A stretch of DNA of 64,000 nucleotides from Kondoa subrosea. Its lineage: Eukaryota. Under the pieces are notes generated by a model. That model was not told where the DNA came from and searched no databases. It saw nothing but the letters and a program-made list of their open reading frames with translations. Numbering within the stretch: position 1 is the stretch's first letter; each line of letters begins with the position of its first letter. The DNA is taken from the NCBI GenBank assembly GCA_039545335.1, contig BCIN01000008.1:186001-250000 (forward strand), given 5' to 3'. Positions 51,001 to 64,000 of the stretch are shown here, piece after piece. The position numbers and the translations under genes were made by a program.

Positions 51001-52923
51001 CTTGCTCTGCCACAATCAGGTACTCGCTGATACTCGATTAGACTTCTGGAGAAGTTCAAAATCTTCAGCATGATGTACCATCTTACCGACCTGCACAGCA
51101 GAGAAGATATAACAAAAAGTATCATCGACACCGCCGACTATACATTGTAAGCTCAGGAGATCCGATTACATGCAGTACTGAGAGTATTACCTTTCAGCGA
51201 TAGCCATTCTCGCATAATACTATCGAAAGCCTTGACTTCAAGCTATAAAGTGAATTCTCCCTTGTACTCGTGGTGCTCACTTATACGTAAATGACAGCAC
51301 GTCCGTCTCTACGCAACAACTCACCTGGGCAAGTTGATCGAGGATGCAACCGGCAGCAAAGATTGGCTTATCGAGCTGCTTGTTACCCAACTGTACGACA
51401 CGGCAATGGAAGTCCGAGAACTCACAATTCGGCTTCTGGAAAACGCATGTCAGTCTATTAAAACACTTGAAAGTGTAGTACGGCTTCGACCATCTTTGGA
51501 TCATCTCGGTTATGCAGGAGCTCCTTTGCTCTTCAGGTTAGTCCGTTGATTTGGAAGGAACATTCCTAACTGTGTCTGTAGGTTCCTATCTACCTCTATA
51601 GGTGTTCGATATCTGCACGAAATCGAATACATAGATCGAGGCTTGGATGAATGGTTCTATGTAAGGCAACAAATCATGTACTGTCCGTGTACACAGCTGA
51701 TGCTTCTGATAGGAGCGCAACGAGGCATACGTAGTCCAGCTAGAAATTCAGCTGTCGAAACACCTCAACATTGATGGCTCCCGTTCCGAAGAGGATAATC
51801 TGACGTACGCTTATTCTTCTGCTCTATAGTCGCATTTGATAAACGTGAGTAGGTCTTCCTTCGATGGAACTGTGCCTTTGCATTTCTATGGCGAGCTGGT
51901 CAAGACCGAAGATGGCAGAGCAATTCTTCACGAAAAAGGTCACTTTATTGCTTTCGCCGAATTCATACGCACACATGGCATGGAAAGTAAGAGTCTGGAT
52001 ATCATGCTCAAGCTGAAGAGCGTTCTCTGGGCCGTAGTGGGTCGATTTATCAATATTAATTTCGAGCAATATTGATTTGCTGTTCGAAGGGCAATGTTGC
52101 GGCGACAGAAGGCGGTTTCCCTTTTCTCGAAGAAGAAGGAATAGTCGAAGATATTGTCGACATAGCAAGGAGCTCGGCAGCTCTGACTATTCGAGGGTGA
52201 GTCCTGACGATGCATATCAACGCGACCCTGACATCTTGGTAGAACTTGCTTTCACGTACTGGGCATGATTTCCTCTACCGTATCGGGCGCAGAAGCATTG
52301 GAGGAGCTCGGCTGGCAGTCGACAGCGAATCCATTGGGCGCTACGACTGGTTTCTGTATACCATTTGAACTTCAATCCCTTCTATCAGTCGGTCTCTATA
52401 TAACAGTCGTCTGCTTAGCTGACATACGTTATAGCTATCGTCTGAAGCGCTCTCCCTGCCAATTCCTGTTAAACATATTGCTCCGCTTCCATCGACAACT
52501 TCTTTCGACGAACGCGAATTATTACAAGCTATCGTCAAATTGAGCAATCATCTTGTTGCTAATTCAGCATCAAGGACTCTCGCTCGCATAAGAACTACCT
52601 CTCCTGAACTGTTTCTGCAGCCTTCTACCTACTACCGAGTTTTGTGGCTCATGGAACACACCCATTATCGACTTTCTGTTCGCCGATATATCTTTGAACT
52701 CTTCTCTTCCTTCAACTTGTCAACTGTTTCTGCTCTCGAAGTCGGTCAAGCTGGTTCAGCGCTTCTTCGTCAAGCTCAACTGACTCCAAAACTTCAAGCG
52801 CCGGAAATTGCCAGGAATACATCTTTCAACAGTCTGACGGCAGAAGAATCAGAAGATGACTTTGCGTCTACACCAGCAAAGCCTACTGTATTACCAGCAA
52901 AGACAAAGCAAAAGGGTTTCTAA
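48075..52923 (+). CDS. AVO3: TORC2 subunit RICTOR/Avo3 (Tsc11)
   Basis: N-terminal HR1-like coil (ENQLSIEHKIRDGAENLL..VEDELQAANLRIDAL), RICTOR_N (EKQQVLRTVR..GVVRAVVAIAE..DDRLRYVSLETLAEL), WNFEVLTDLFEGPLLNPRR, PLHFYGELVKTEDG, LKLKSVLWAVGNV and LTIRGTCF; many introns. Confidence 0.93.
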
Positions 52924-53150
52924 GATGATATTTTATTGTCTCTTCGTTTTGTACGGTCATGTGTAGTCGCATCTCAATACCCATGCATATGATCCAGGAG
53001 CTGTCTCCACATAGCTTGCATTACGCTTTGACCTCATTCCCCCTTCTCGGAAGGCGCGTGTGCTTATTGGAAAATAGTGCTATTTTGCTTCTATCTGGTT
53101 CTTCGTGTCTGCTTGTTTTCATTTCTTGACATTCGTATGCCTGTATACCC

Positions 53151-55333
53151 ATGAACAATCTCGCTGTCCCTTTGAGCCCGTCTGGCAGTGACTTCTCTTT
53201 TTCGAGTGATCTTTCGTACGAAAGTCGTGCTTTCGGTGTACCTGCAGAAAGCCCTCCCAGTCCAGCCTCCGCCAATGGAAGTCCAACACCTCTATGGCCC
53301 AGTATAGAAGTCGAACCATCAGACACGCAAGAATCGCATGATTTCACTCAAGATCTGGGCATAGCTGCTGACTTCAAGTCTGACCTCAAAGCGTCAAAGA
53401 AACGGGCACGTCAAGCGCGGAAAACAAAATCGAATTTGGAGCTGCGTTTGGTCAAATCAGCCAAAACTTTGGGAACTTACAGTTATCATACCGCGCACGA
53501 TATCGAATCCGATCATGCATTGGAGTCTCCACCTGACTCAAGGTCAGCTCAGATAGAGGAAGCAGCCAAGGAGTCATTTAGACGAAGAACCTCTTCTCAT
53601 GGATCTGTCCGAGCGAGTCGAAAGCCCTCTCAATATAGAACAGCAACTGCGTGCTACGAACTCGAGAGATCGTCGGGATCAAGTTATATGCCAGTCAGCG
53701 TAAGTGCTGCGGCTCCATCAATCAATACAGTCTGATAGCTCGAGTCTAGGTATATTCACCCGAACCAATCTCACCACCTCCGCCCGCTACCACTCGCAAA
53801 CCTTCTACTGACTGGCAATATAATGTATGTCTTGTTGATTCTCTTTCTGACCCAAATTGAACTGGATCGCAGGTCACCAAAAGTTTGCTAAACTCTAGGC
53901 CAAGTCAGACCTTTCAAGTCGCCCTCACTAGCAAAAGCAAGTCTCGTGAACGCATCAAATCATATCCTGCTGCAGAGCGTTCTCGCCTGCGGAAAACTGT
54001 GTCTCATGCGGCAGAGGCCGAATCTGATTTCGAGATGATCTCGATTGCCGAAGCTAGAAGCTCAATAGAAGAAATCAGTGTTGCAAGACGGATGAGCTGT
54101 CCAGGATCGCCAACAAACTTGGGATTTGGCATGGAAAGCTCGGACGAAGAAGATGCAACCAGTACGGAATATGCAGATGCAGAAGAGCATCAAGAACACT
54201 TGGTCATGGACGCAATGCACCGCCCTTCATACGAGCAACTCTCTTCTCCACAAACACATACTCTACGAAGTGCTGCTTCTGCGGGCGTCGTTTTCAGCAC
54301 GAAGTCAAGTTCTCGTCTGCATTCTCGCTTCTTCTCTATTTCTCCCCCAATAACGTCCACTGGTCAAACCGTCAACCTTTATACGGACAACTCAGAGGTC
54401 GAATCCTCGGATTATCATACTACTACTACCGAATCGGCTTTCATACCACGCGATCCGTATACAATATCAATACCTCTACCATTTGCTCCTGTCCAAGCCA
54501 AGATCGTAAGTCATATACTGCGTGCGCTCACTCATTATACTGATTTTAATTCTCAGCCTCATGCATCTACCTCTTCCAATCATTTCTTACATGCGAACTC
54601 ACATCAACTCAGACGAGATTGGTACGAAGAGCAGAAAAGCCCAAGATCGCCTCATTTCGAGACACCACTTAGCATATCTCTTCCCACCGGCGCAGGACGA
54701 AGCTTCCCCGATAACGCATCATACGCTTCTCGCGATTATTTCGCTTGGCTACCGGAATCGATTGGTGTCATTCCCACGCCAGCTCTATGTTTCGTGTTTG
54801 GTTTCTTATTCTTTCCTCTGTGGTACTATGGCAGCTTTTACGGAATCGAGGGTATAGATGGAAGTCTGTCCAGATGGTCAGCACCTGGATCACAACGGAA
54901 GCAAGACAGAAAAGTGTCGGATCATGGCGAGAAGAGGACCTCGGCTTATCGAGAGTCGCATGTTGGAGTATTACCAAAAGTCCGCACATTTTCGCACACT
55001 CTGTCAGGACTGATCAAGTTTGCTTACTTACAGGTATCCATGGAGCGGATGCGGGTTCATAGCGCCTACGGTGATCGACCTATGACACCTGCACATAATG
55101 ATCTTCTGGCAGCTCAGAGCACAGTGAGTTGGCTTGCATTGTCCCTATCACAATTGAACTTTCTAAATGACCTTCCGCAGCTACATACCTGGCGTATTCG
55201 TAATCGAATCATGAGCGTGTTATCGCTATTCATCATGATGTGAGTTTTTCCGGAACATTGGTGCAGTCAGAAACAATGCTAATCGGAATTTGCGCAACAT
55301 AGAGCTATCATTGTCGTATGCGCGACACTTTAG
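53151..55333 (+). CDS. Ser-rich hypothetical membrane protein with two C-terminal hydrophobic segments
   Basis: ORFs 53151-53735 and 53885-55243 joined by introns. C-terminal LCFVFGFLFFPLWYYGSF and WRIRNRIMSVLSLFIMIAIIVVCATL*. Confidence 0.65.
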
Positions 55334-55616
55334 AAACCTGCCATTGCGCAAGCCTTGCTAGTAATGTGTAGCCAATCATCTCTTTGTGTACATTCAGCGG
55401 TGTAAGAGCAATCAGTCGTGTCCACAGCGCAGTCGCATTCAGACATTCCATCAGAAAAATGCCTTGCAAAGTTATACAAACATTTAGAGAAAACCTTTAG
55501 TCACACGCCCATGCTTTGTTCTTTCGTTGAATAATGAACTACTGTACTTTCTTCCCCCTTGTCTTTTTCAAAATACCCAACGGCTTTTTCTCAAAAGTTC
55601 AAAGGAGTTGATCAAG

Positions 55617-57460
55617 CTATTGCTGTTGTTGCAATTGTTGTTGTTGAGGTTGAGGTTGTCCACCACCTTCTATCGCATTCGATAACGCTTGTTGAGCCGC
55701 CAATGAAGGTTGCTGAGGTCGGTTCTCCAATTGTTCGTACAGGAGAACGAAATCTTTCTGTTTGATTCACAGGACAATGGCTCAGCATCTATACAGCAAA
55801 AGCAAAAAAACAAGCGATCCAGAACAAACCTTGATCTTCTCCCAACTAGAAGGATCGAAAAACACATAACTCCCTCTTTCGTAAGTGGACGTTTTCTGAG
55901 TTGCTTCCGTTCCTTGTTCTTTAGTTAACCACAACCTCAACTCTTTGTGATACCTCCAGTTATGTCTGTACAATTCAGCTGCTGCAGCTTCTTGCAAGAA
56001 ATCTCTTGGTTGAGTGTAAAAAATGTAAAACAAAGTTTCATCAGAGAATTGTCCAATTTTACTGCTTGCCATTGGTGGATTCACAGCATAACAAGTTGGT
56101 AAAGTGTATTCGGGTTCGATAATAACTGAAGCTTGATCTGATGGATTTGACCAAGGTGTTACCAATGTTGAATAAAGGTTACTGTGAATGTTGATGATTA
56201 ATAAGTCTTGCGGCAAAAGACTAATGACCGATCATTGAGAGAAACGTACTCTCGTCTTCCTAGATCTAAACCCAATTTTGATAAATCGCTACCTAGACTG
56301 AGCATAGTCGCATCCGAATCGCCCATCTTGATCAATTGAAGTAATCCTAATAACCCAAATCGATCTGCTGGACTATACAAGATCTGTTGCGCAGGTGTCT
56401 GAGGTAATTGAGTTGAAAGCGGTGGAGGTGGAGAAGGTTGCGACGGTGGTTGATGCTGTAAATGCGGTGGCAGCGTTTGCGAAGCCGTTGCTGCATGATT
56501 ACCATTAACCAAGTTTGGTGTTGCTGAAGTGGAAGAATTGCTTGATGCACTAGTTCTTTGAGGTGAACGCAATCTCCCATTCGTTTGTTGTTGTTGCTGC
56601 GATGGTAAAGGCGCTGAAAGACCATTCGGCGGCGGTATACCATTCGCTAGACCTGTTCCTATCGCCGCTTGCTGTTGCTGTTGCTGCTGCAAAGGATGTT
56701 GCTGTTGAAGCATTTGTTGTTGGGCGAACGCTTGCTCTCTGATCTTCATTGCGTAATTCTGGTCAAATATAGCCTACTCAAACACAGAACCTCGAGTAGT
56801 AAGGGAAGCACAAACCCGCTTCTGCTCTTCAGTAGACAAGTTTGCATTTGACGATTGTTGAGATTGTTGTTGATTCGGTTGCCTCAAAGGCGTAGTAGCC
56901 GTTACTCCCAAGTTATTCAGTAAGCCTTGACGATGAGCTAACGCTGCTTGAGCTGCCTGAGTTGCTGAATCTGTGCCAGGTTGAACACCATTATTTCCAG
57001 CACTTGCAAAAGGCAGTCTTTGGCCTTGATGTGATGCTAGACCATTAACTTGATGACCACCTCCTAGAGCAGGAAAATCATCTGCAGACAAAGACTGGTT
57101 GTTGCTGTTGCCATGCAAGACTGAAGCAGCCGTTTGCTGGGATTGTGGATTCAGAGCATTCTGTTGCATGCTTGCTAATTGATTTGCGTAGGAAATATTG
57201 CCTTCAGACCCTTGTTGGCCTATGCTACCCAAAGGTGTAGCTCTAGCTTGAGCAGCGGTTGAAGCTAAAGCTGGGAAGTCGGATTCAAAGCCGCCCTGAT
57301 GTGACAGGCTGGAAGCTGCGATCCCAAAGGCCAAGCGTGAGCCACCTATACTGAGACTGCACGCGCCAGGACAAGGCTGAGGCTCACCTGAAGCTGTTGG
57401 CGAGTTATTGGCAAACAGTGATTTTGTCGCTGTTGAATTGATGCCTTGTATGCTTTGCAT
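55617..57460 (-). CDS. NOT2: CCR4-NOT complex subunit Not2 (Cdc36)
   Basis: Gln-rich N-terminus with DFPAL motifs; DRFGLLGLL..LGSDLSKLGLDL, EPEYTLPTCY, and a NOT box FSDETLFYIFYTQPRDFLQEAAAAELYRHNWRYHKELRLWLTK..ERGSYVFFDPSSWEK. Confidence 0.95.
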
Positions 57461-57674
57461 CGATTAATGAGCCAGGAAGGGAACCTTTGGCTGTGGCTCT
57501 GTGTCTCTCTTTGTCGGGCAGAGCTCAATTTCCACTTCAGATCTCGGTCGACGGTCTTTCGAAGAGAAGGAGCCTGAAATTGGATCACGTTATTGGATTA
57601 TTACTTTGTGCTATTTGTCTTATGATGTGCTATTAGCACTACTTCTAATGCACCCATCAGATGGTCTTCCGAAA

Positions 57675-58120
57675 TTAGAGAAGAAAAGTATCGAATGGAG
57701 CTTTTCCCGCAAGCTACTGAAATGAATGAGTCGGACAGTCAGCTAGAAGATCCTCGTATGACCCAGTGCAGCTGTAGGTACACTTACATATTCCGCTGAA
57801 TTACGTAGGAGTAAAACGCTGCAGTAAAGCGTTCAGGATGGTCTGGGCGGAAGGAGTACCGCGAAACGAGACTATCTTGGGCTGTCCGCGTTGCGGATAT
57901 CGCAGAGTAGTCGTACATAGAAGCAGCTTGTACTGGGAAATACTCTCTAAAGCGTAAATGTACCTGCTGAGAGACCAGCGAGACTGACACATCGATTCAC
58001 GAAAGAGCAACTAATAGATTTGCGTAAAGATCTATCACGAACACAGCCATTGCGGCACATGTAGCATCCGACACACTCTGAGCAGCAAAAAACAGCAATT
58101 TGGGATGAGGAAAGATCTCT
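57675..58120 (-). CDS. 3' exons of a hypothetical multi-exon gene (5' part, possibly up to ~58950, unresolved)
   Basis: Phase-consistent splicing, including an 8-nt exon at 57795-57788, gives ..IFPHPKLLFFAAQSVSDATCAAMAVYIYALESISQYKLLLCTTTLRYPQRGQPKIVSFRAEYLAGKAPFDTFLL*. Confidence 0.3.
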
Positions 58121-59183
58121 CTGTTTCCTCAAAGGTCTCCTCGACATGGGCAGCCTTCAGCTAGGAGACAGCCGCGCAAGCAATGGAAGAGGCACAAGTA
58201 CAGCAGAGCGGAACACTAAGAGAGGCAAGAGATCACAGACTACTAGTACGCATGCCCTCAACTTGTTTGTGCTTGTTGGAAAGCAACTTCCAACGATTCT
58301 AAGATGACGGGCAGCAGATCTTCGAGCTGGCTTGGCTTCCTGTTTAGATTGCGTAGCACTTTACTGCTCCTCCTTCTCCATCTTTGAGCGTGTTTCATAT
58401 TCGTCGCAATAAGTTGGCTGTCAGTGATCTGGACTTGGCTTTGCGAATCACCGCATTGCGTTGCGAGGATATTGCCTCGTCCTTTTTTCTCTCTCTGCAC
58501 TGTTCATTGACTACCTGGAATTGGCGCAATTGTATCGCGCAAAGCAAAGCATCGTGTCGCGTCGGAGTCTGAACTACCTATGTGCCATTGGTTTTCCTCT
58601 TAGCTTGTTCTTCCCGGATCTATTAGAATTGGACAAGTGTGCATCTTTGCGCGTACGCTCTGGTTCTTTTCGACCAATCTGATATGTAGGATGATCTAAT
58701 GGTCATTTTACTGCAGCAATGCGTCTTGCATCTGCATAGGGTATGGTCGATCGTCATATGACAGCGTATCACTACACTATGGCGACGTATGGGTAAGCGA
58801 AAAGCTGCTACTGAATTTCTAGGACGGTGATCCTGACAGCTGTCTGCGATTAGATAGCACGCAGCTTTGGTGCACTATGATCCAGAACATGGTCAGATGC
58901 TGTGTATCAAGAGCTGGTTGAAGGGAACGGGCTTACAAGCAGAATACCTGGTTCTGTATATTTGCTATACTGTACATCAAATAATTGATTCTAAAGAGAC
59001 AGTGCTATCGTATTGAGTCTTGTGTTACAGCTCTCTCTCTGTCTTGCTGATGTGATGTACCTGCCGTGGCTGTCCTCGGGTCGGCGAAAGAGGCGAGCCG
59101 CGACCTGCGATTCGCTGCAGCAAATTGGTTGACAAATCTCTTTTGACCTGAGACGATTCATTATTTTGCTTCCGTAATCGACA

Positions 59184-60296
59184 ATGGATTGGAAGGAGGC
59201 TCATCTCAAAGATGGACTGATACAGAGCTACTATGATATCCCCTCAAAGACCAGCAAGGCTGCGTATACCGTGATTGGCATTCATGGAATTGGCTTCAAC
59301 GCTGCGACTTGGCAGCCCATGCTTTCACATTTACCAGAGAATGTGCGCTTCATCGCATATAATCAGCGAGGCTACAGAGGGTCAACGAAAGCGAGCAAGG
59401 GCAAGGTTAACGGGAGTCTAGACGTGACTTTTAGTCTGCTGTTGGATCTGCTCCTCTTCTTTCAGTTCTGCGTACAAGAGTTGGGCGTGGAAGCTGTGCG
59501 TGATGTGTCTGGGCATTCACAAGGAGGGCTATCACTCTTAGTACGCTTTCTCGGCAAAAGCGGGTTCTAGCTCGTGGATACTGAGACATTGTTTTAGGGC
59601 TGGTCAAAGGGGACAACGCAATGCCTGGTTCTCTTGTCAACAATACGTTGGCTTTTATCGCCAGAATCTACTTCCCAGCCCACTTTACTCACAGAAAACA
59701 TAAGTCAAGATCTGCTCGACCTACTTTCCTCTCATTTACATTCCGTCACGCTACTCGAGCCACCAGCTTCGTCATTTGGTATCACTCCACGTCCAGATTT
59801 ACTAGCAGCAATGGGTCATCTCTTCAAATCACCTGAATCTTATACCGCATCAGATTACTCGTCAGCCTTTCTTTCGTATTTTGGAGCAAAGACTGCGCCA
59901 GATAAAGCTTTCGATCTCTCTCAACTTTCTCCCTCTTTAGTTGAAGCTTCCTACGAACCAGAATGCGTTCCAGAAGGCTTCGCATTCCGAATTTCTACTT
60001 CCCCTATGGAATTACAACTACTGGCTAAAGGAGCGTTGAATCCTGAAGTATGGCCAAGATCAAAAGATTCCGTCTTAGCAGAAAGGTTGACAAGTTTACC
60101 GTTGAATTTCATGTATGGAGTGAGAACGATTCCTTATTTATTGGATGTAGTCGAATTGGTCGAAGGATGGTGGGGCAATAGAAGTGGAGAGAGAAGAGTT
60201 ATGATGGCTGCTATTCCTTCAGCTGGTCATTTCACTTTCGTCGATCAACCTGGTCAATTCGCTCAAGCTTTGTTAAGAGTGTTGGAGCATGCATAG
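59184..60296 (+). CDS. Alpha/beta-hydrolase fold protein
   Basis: IHGIGFN oxyanion region, AYNQRGY, nucleophile elbow GWSKG directly after the single intron, and C-terminal AGHFTFVDQP (catalytic His). Confidence 0.88.
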
Positions 60297-60595
60297 TAGT
60301 GAAAGTGCGATGGAAGATGGAAGAAGAGGAACGAAGAGACGGGAAGCATCAGGTGAAGAGCTGTACGGCTTGGACAAAGGTGTTATTTATCTTGCATTTC
60401 AGTGTGTCGTAGCGAAAGGGTTGTCATGCAACATTAACTTATTAGCATCGCGATCGAGAAGAAGAAACAAGATAGCAGAGCATTCTGTCTTGTTCCCGTG
60501 ATTCTCGCATCCGCTGTACCCAGCAAAACGTTGGCAATCGATATTTTGTTTGACTCGGAGATCTTTCGTTGTTTTGCCATCGGTTCTGTGCTTCT

Positions 60596-61469
60596 ATGGA
60601 AAGCTCCGTTGCGCAGTCTCAACCGGTGCTCAAGCCAGAACTTGACGCTGCGATTCGTAAGGAGAAAGTCTATGACAGTCATGGCAAGGAGCTACTGTTT
60701 GGCGATTTGATATCTCAAGCTGAAGAAGTAATCGTCGTCTTCATTCGTCATTTCCACTGCAACGCCGTTCGTCAATCTTCTTCTGTCTTATTTGAATGCG
60801 GTTCATTGGCTGCATCTTCCAGTGTCAAACATATGTGCAAGCGCTCATGAAAGACATCTCACCCGAAGATCTCCGCCAAGCTGGCGTAAACCTAGTCATC
60901 ATAGGTCAAGGATCAATCAGCTTGTGAGTACTGACTTGCTTTCTAAGCTTATGGAGCTCACAAGAAACTCCTAACACCCACAGAATCGAAGAATACAAGA
61001 AACTATTGAATTGCTCATACGATATCTACACTCAGCCATCGAGAGAATTGTATAAGCTACTGGATATGACTGTCACACTCAATACGAAGAAGAGTTCGAG
61101 CTATATCACGGAAAGCGGATTCAAAATGACCAAAGATGCTCTGTCGGTGAGTGATCTCATTTTCTTCCTTGGCAATGCTGTCACTGATAGTCTTGAAGAA
61201 TATCTTCAAAATTGGCAAGTTTGCTTCACCTGGCGATATTCGTCAGAATGGAGGAGAATTGGTTTTCAAGCATGGAGTGTGTACATTCAGGCATAAGTGC
61301 GTCGCGCTGTGCATTGAATTTTCATTCATGGCTAATCCAATTCTGTTGAACAGTATGACAGGAGTCCGCCATCCTCTTATGCTTTCTGACTTGTCTAATG
61401 GCTGTGCCACAGACTCGAGATCACACGCCGGTGGAAGAACTGATTAGAGAGACGAGATTGTCGGAATAG
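60596..61469 (+). CDS. AhpC/TSA-like (peroxiredoxin-like 2 / AAED1-type) thioredoxin-fold protein
   Basis: VVFIRHFHCNA/CQTYV (CxxC split by an intron), LVIIGQG, IYTQPSRELYKLLDM, QNGGELVF and TRDHTPVEEL. Confidence 0.88.
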
Positions 61470-61557
61470 ATATGTACGAAATAGTGTAATGCATAGTGTG
61501 ATACCAAGTTTGCGTCTGTAAAATATAAACACATTGCGATTCCTCTGTTGTTTTGAG

Positions 61558-63585
61558 CTATTCCTCGTCATCTGATCCAGCAACAGCAGCTCTAGTGGTA
61601 TTAGTTGCAGTACGCGTATTTCCACCACCACCAGCAGCATTGGGAACCAGCCAATCGTTCTATCGTATGTAAGTACTAGATCCAACTCGTTATGTGGAAG
61701 GGCGACGCACAATCAAAGACACAAGCGGTTCCATAACTTTCGCAACTTCTCCAAGATGCTTATTGAAGTCAGGCGACAACACCTGTAAGGTGAATCGATC
61801 TTAGATCAAGCAAACATGATTAAGCATCCGATTGTACGCACCTCCTCATCAGTGAAGGTATAAGCTACACCAATCGTTCTCAAGCGGAGCAGATCAATAT
61901 TAGGATCATCCTTCGAAGTACCCTATAGGTAGGCAAGTTGATAAGATACGCCTTTCTGACTTCGTGCGATTTCATACCTTCGGAGCAACTTTTAGCTCGC
62001 TGTATAGCTACTTCAGCCCTTTTCCATTCTCGAGTACTCAAAGCACTCACTCATCATGACCGAAAATATTTCTCCTTCTATTAACACTAACTTCTTTTTT
62101 CTTAGGTTTCTCTTCCTCTTCCGGAATCTCCTCCTCCTCCTCTTCTTCTTCCTCACTTTCATCATCATCAGATCCTTCAGTCTTCTTCTTTTTCTTTTTG
62201 GGTGTAGGTTTCTTTTTCTTTTGGGTAGCTTTTTTGCGAGGTTCAGGTGGGTAAGGTTTAGCTTCACCGAAATGTTTAACGAATTCTGGATCTTCAATCA
62301 CCTGTGCGTTGAAGAAGGGAAAATCAGCTTAAGTCTGATTGGTATTTCTCTTCTCCTGCGCACTCTACGTAATCGACCAGCTATTTGAAAACAAAATCCC
62401 TATCAGTTTATGCTTAATAGGAGAAGAGAAGATAATCATACGATCCTGAGTGATGTTGTGTCGGATAGTAGCTAATTCATTCTTATCCGGTGACCATTTC
62501 CCAGCAGCCAAAAGAGATTCGTTAGCTGCAGCAATGTGAAAATCTGTTTGTTAAAACAGCCATTTAAGCTCTTGCTAGAGCAAATAATGAGTGTCAAACG
62601 AACAATAGCCTGCAAAAGGTCCTTTTCTGCCTGAACGAGTGATCGATGCCGCTGGACAGAGTCCAGTTAAGATCTGACAGAAGAATGATGTAAGAAAGAC
62701 ATACAGAGGTTGCGCTTGTAAGGTCGCTTGTCAGGACTAAAGCGAACATCTCTGTATATGCGATGGGTGAGATCCTTGGCTGGTAGGATCGGTAGAGTTG
62801 GATCTGCCGCTTGAAGGAAAGGAAGCAGAGCATCGACGTGTTCGCCCTTGTGTGCTTGTATGAGCATAGTCCGAGAAGAGGTCAGCTGAGAGCGTACCCA
62901 TTGCTTCCAGGCGTAGCGATAGATCGGATCATGCTCACTGTGCAGAAATACTCACCAATTAGCTAGAAATCCAGCATCGGTAGGTTTCACGCACGCAAAC
63001 CACTCCTATGAGCATCATTTTCTTATCAGCTTCACATGTCTTTGAAGTCAAGACACTCACTCGATCGTTGCATTCAGGCTTTCTCAAATCGCGCAAGAAG
63101 TCCATCGTGACTGCAGAGTAAAGCGACTCAGCGACGACGGGACGAACGGTAGACTCAGACTCACCTTTAGAGATACAGCCCTTGTCGACTTTCTCTTTCT
63201 TTGGATAAACTAGTTCTCGCTGAACTTCCTTCTTCTTCTTCGGACTGACCTTCTCCTCTTCATCAACCTCGTCGTCTTCTTCTTCGCTTGAAGTAGCAGC
63301 TCGTCCGAATTTAGCATTGCCAGTGACTTTCTTCTTGATGCTCTTTTCAACTTTAGCTTTCTTAGCCTTGGGTGCAGCAGTCTTAGGTGAAGCAGCAACT
63401 CTCTTCTTATGTGAGACCTTAGCAGCAGCAGCGGCTTTCTTTTTGGGTTTTGGTTTCTCCTCTTGTTCGGATTCAGATTCCTCCTCTTCTTGTTCTATCG
63501 CATCGCTAGCCTCAGACTGTTCTTGTTGATCTGATTCAGCATCCAAGTCCTCTGAATCGCTCAAATCACGCGATTTCTTTGCCAT
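61558..63585 (-). CDS. DUF2461 (TIGR02453-type) domain protein with a Lys/Glu-rich N-terminal extension
   Basis: TMDFLRDL..NDREWF, HRIYRDVRFSPDKRPYK, GRKGPFAGY, LAAGKWSP..LATIR, ELKVAPK..KDDPNIDLLRLRT; many introns; stop at 61558. Confidence 0.88.
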
Positions 63586-64000
63586 GTCAACTGGAAGCAC
63601 AATGATGATCGATGATGATGGTCAACCCCATTTCGGATTCGCCTATTACATACACATTCTCCCGAATAAAAACATATGATTGTCCTAAACATCCTCTTTC
63701 CTTCTTTCTTATATACACACAATCTGCCAAGACTGTTCAATAAGTGTTCTTCGCATGCTTCAGTATTTCGGTTCTGGCTTTTTCTATGGCAGTTTCCCAC
63801 TCTAATGCTTGTCGTGCTGAACTGCATGCCAATTTGTAGCTATGACTTATGTGCAGTACTATGGCAGACGTTCAAAAATGAATTCTATCAAAGTACCAAC
63901 TCCGAAAGAACGTACCTGTAAATCGATCATCATCTCTGCTGCTCTTCAGCGAGCATTCTGTGAAATGATCAGCATTCGCAACCACTTCAGCAATAAATTG

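Noticed and set aside
59030..59110. GC-rich stem-loop with CTGATG...GAAA, resembling a hammerhead ribozyme
   Set aside because: The core is CTGATGT rather than CUGANGA and no stem I can be formed; most likely promoter sequence of the hydrolase gene.
1..64000. Searched by eye for tRNA/rRNA genes, CRISPR arrays, transposase or reverse-transcriptase ORFs, LTR/TIR pairs, telomeric repeats, mating-type genes and secondary-metabolite clusters
   Set aside because: None recognised. Short or intron-containing ncRNAs could be missed without tRNAscan-SE or Infernal.

Overview
This is gene-dense, intron-rich eukaryotic DNA. Introns are mostly about 50-60 nt GT-AG, with a few GC-AG, and intergenic gaps are often under 200 bp. 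Gene content and architecture indicate a compact basidiomycete fungal genome; the exact lineage cannot be fixed from sequence alone. I reconstructed about 28 spliced protein-coding genes by hand. Recognisable ones are MDM34 (partial), a split-BTB protein, VMA21, SLA1, an EFM7/NNT1-like methyltransferase, an MPP6-like protein, BBC1, a WDR7-like WD40 protein, HSP78, histone H2A.Z, an STB6-like protein, a glutathione S-transferase, TRS130, glyoxalase II, a Nrd1/Seb1-like CID protein, a DPP1-like PAP2 phosphatase, RICTOR/AVO3, NOT2, an alpha/beta hydrolase, an AhpC/TSA-like redoxin and a DUF2461 protein; several others are orphans. I recognised no tRNA, rRNA, CRISPR array or transposon. The most interesting observations are: (1) a candidate MLKL-like helical-bundle protein with SH3-like and PH-like modules in place of a kinase (12.8-14.8 kb); (2) H2A.Z with an extra exon encoding a strongly acidic tail; (3) an F-box gene broken by a 1-nt frameshift; (4) an RRM-less Nrd1/Seb1-like gene with two abnormally long introns, one potentially structured; (5) a BTB domain split by a roughly 220-aa insertion; (6) an intron-marked internal duplication in BBC1. 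All family calls come from motif recognition by eye, not database searches, and exon boundaries are manual predictions.
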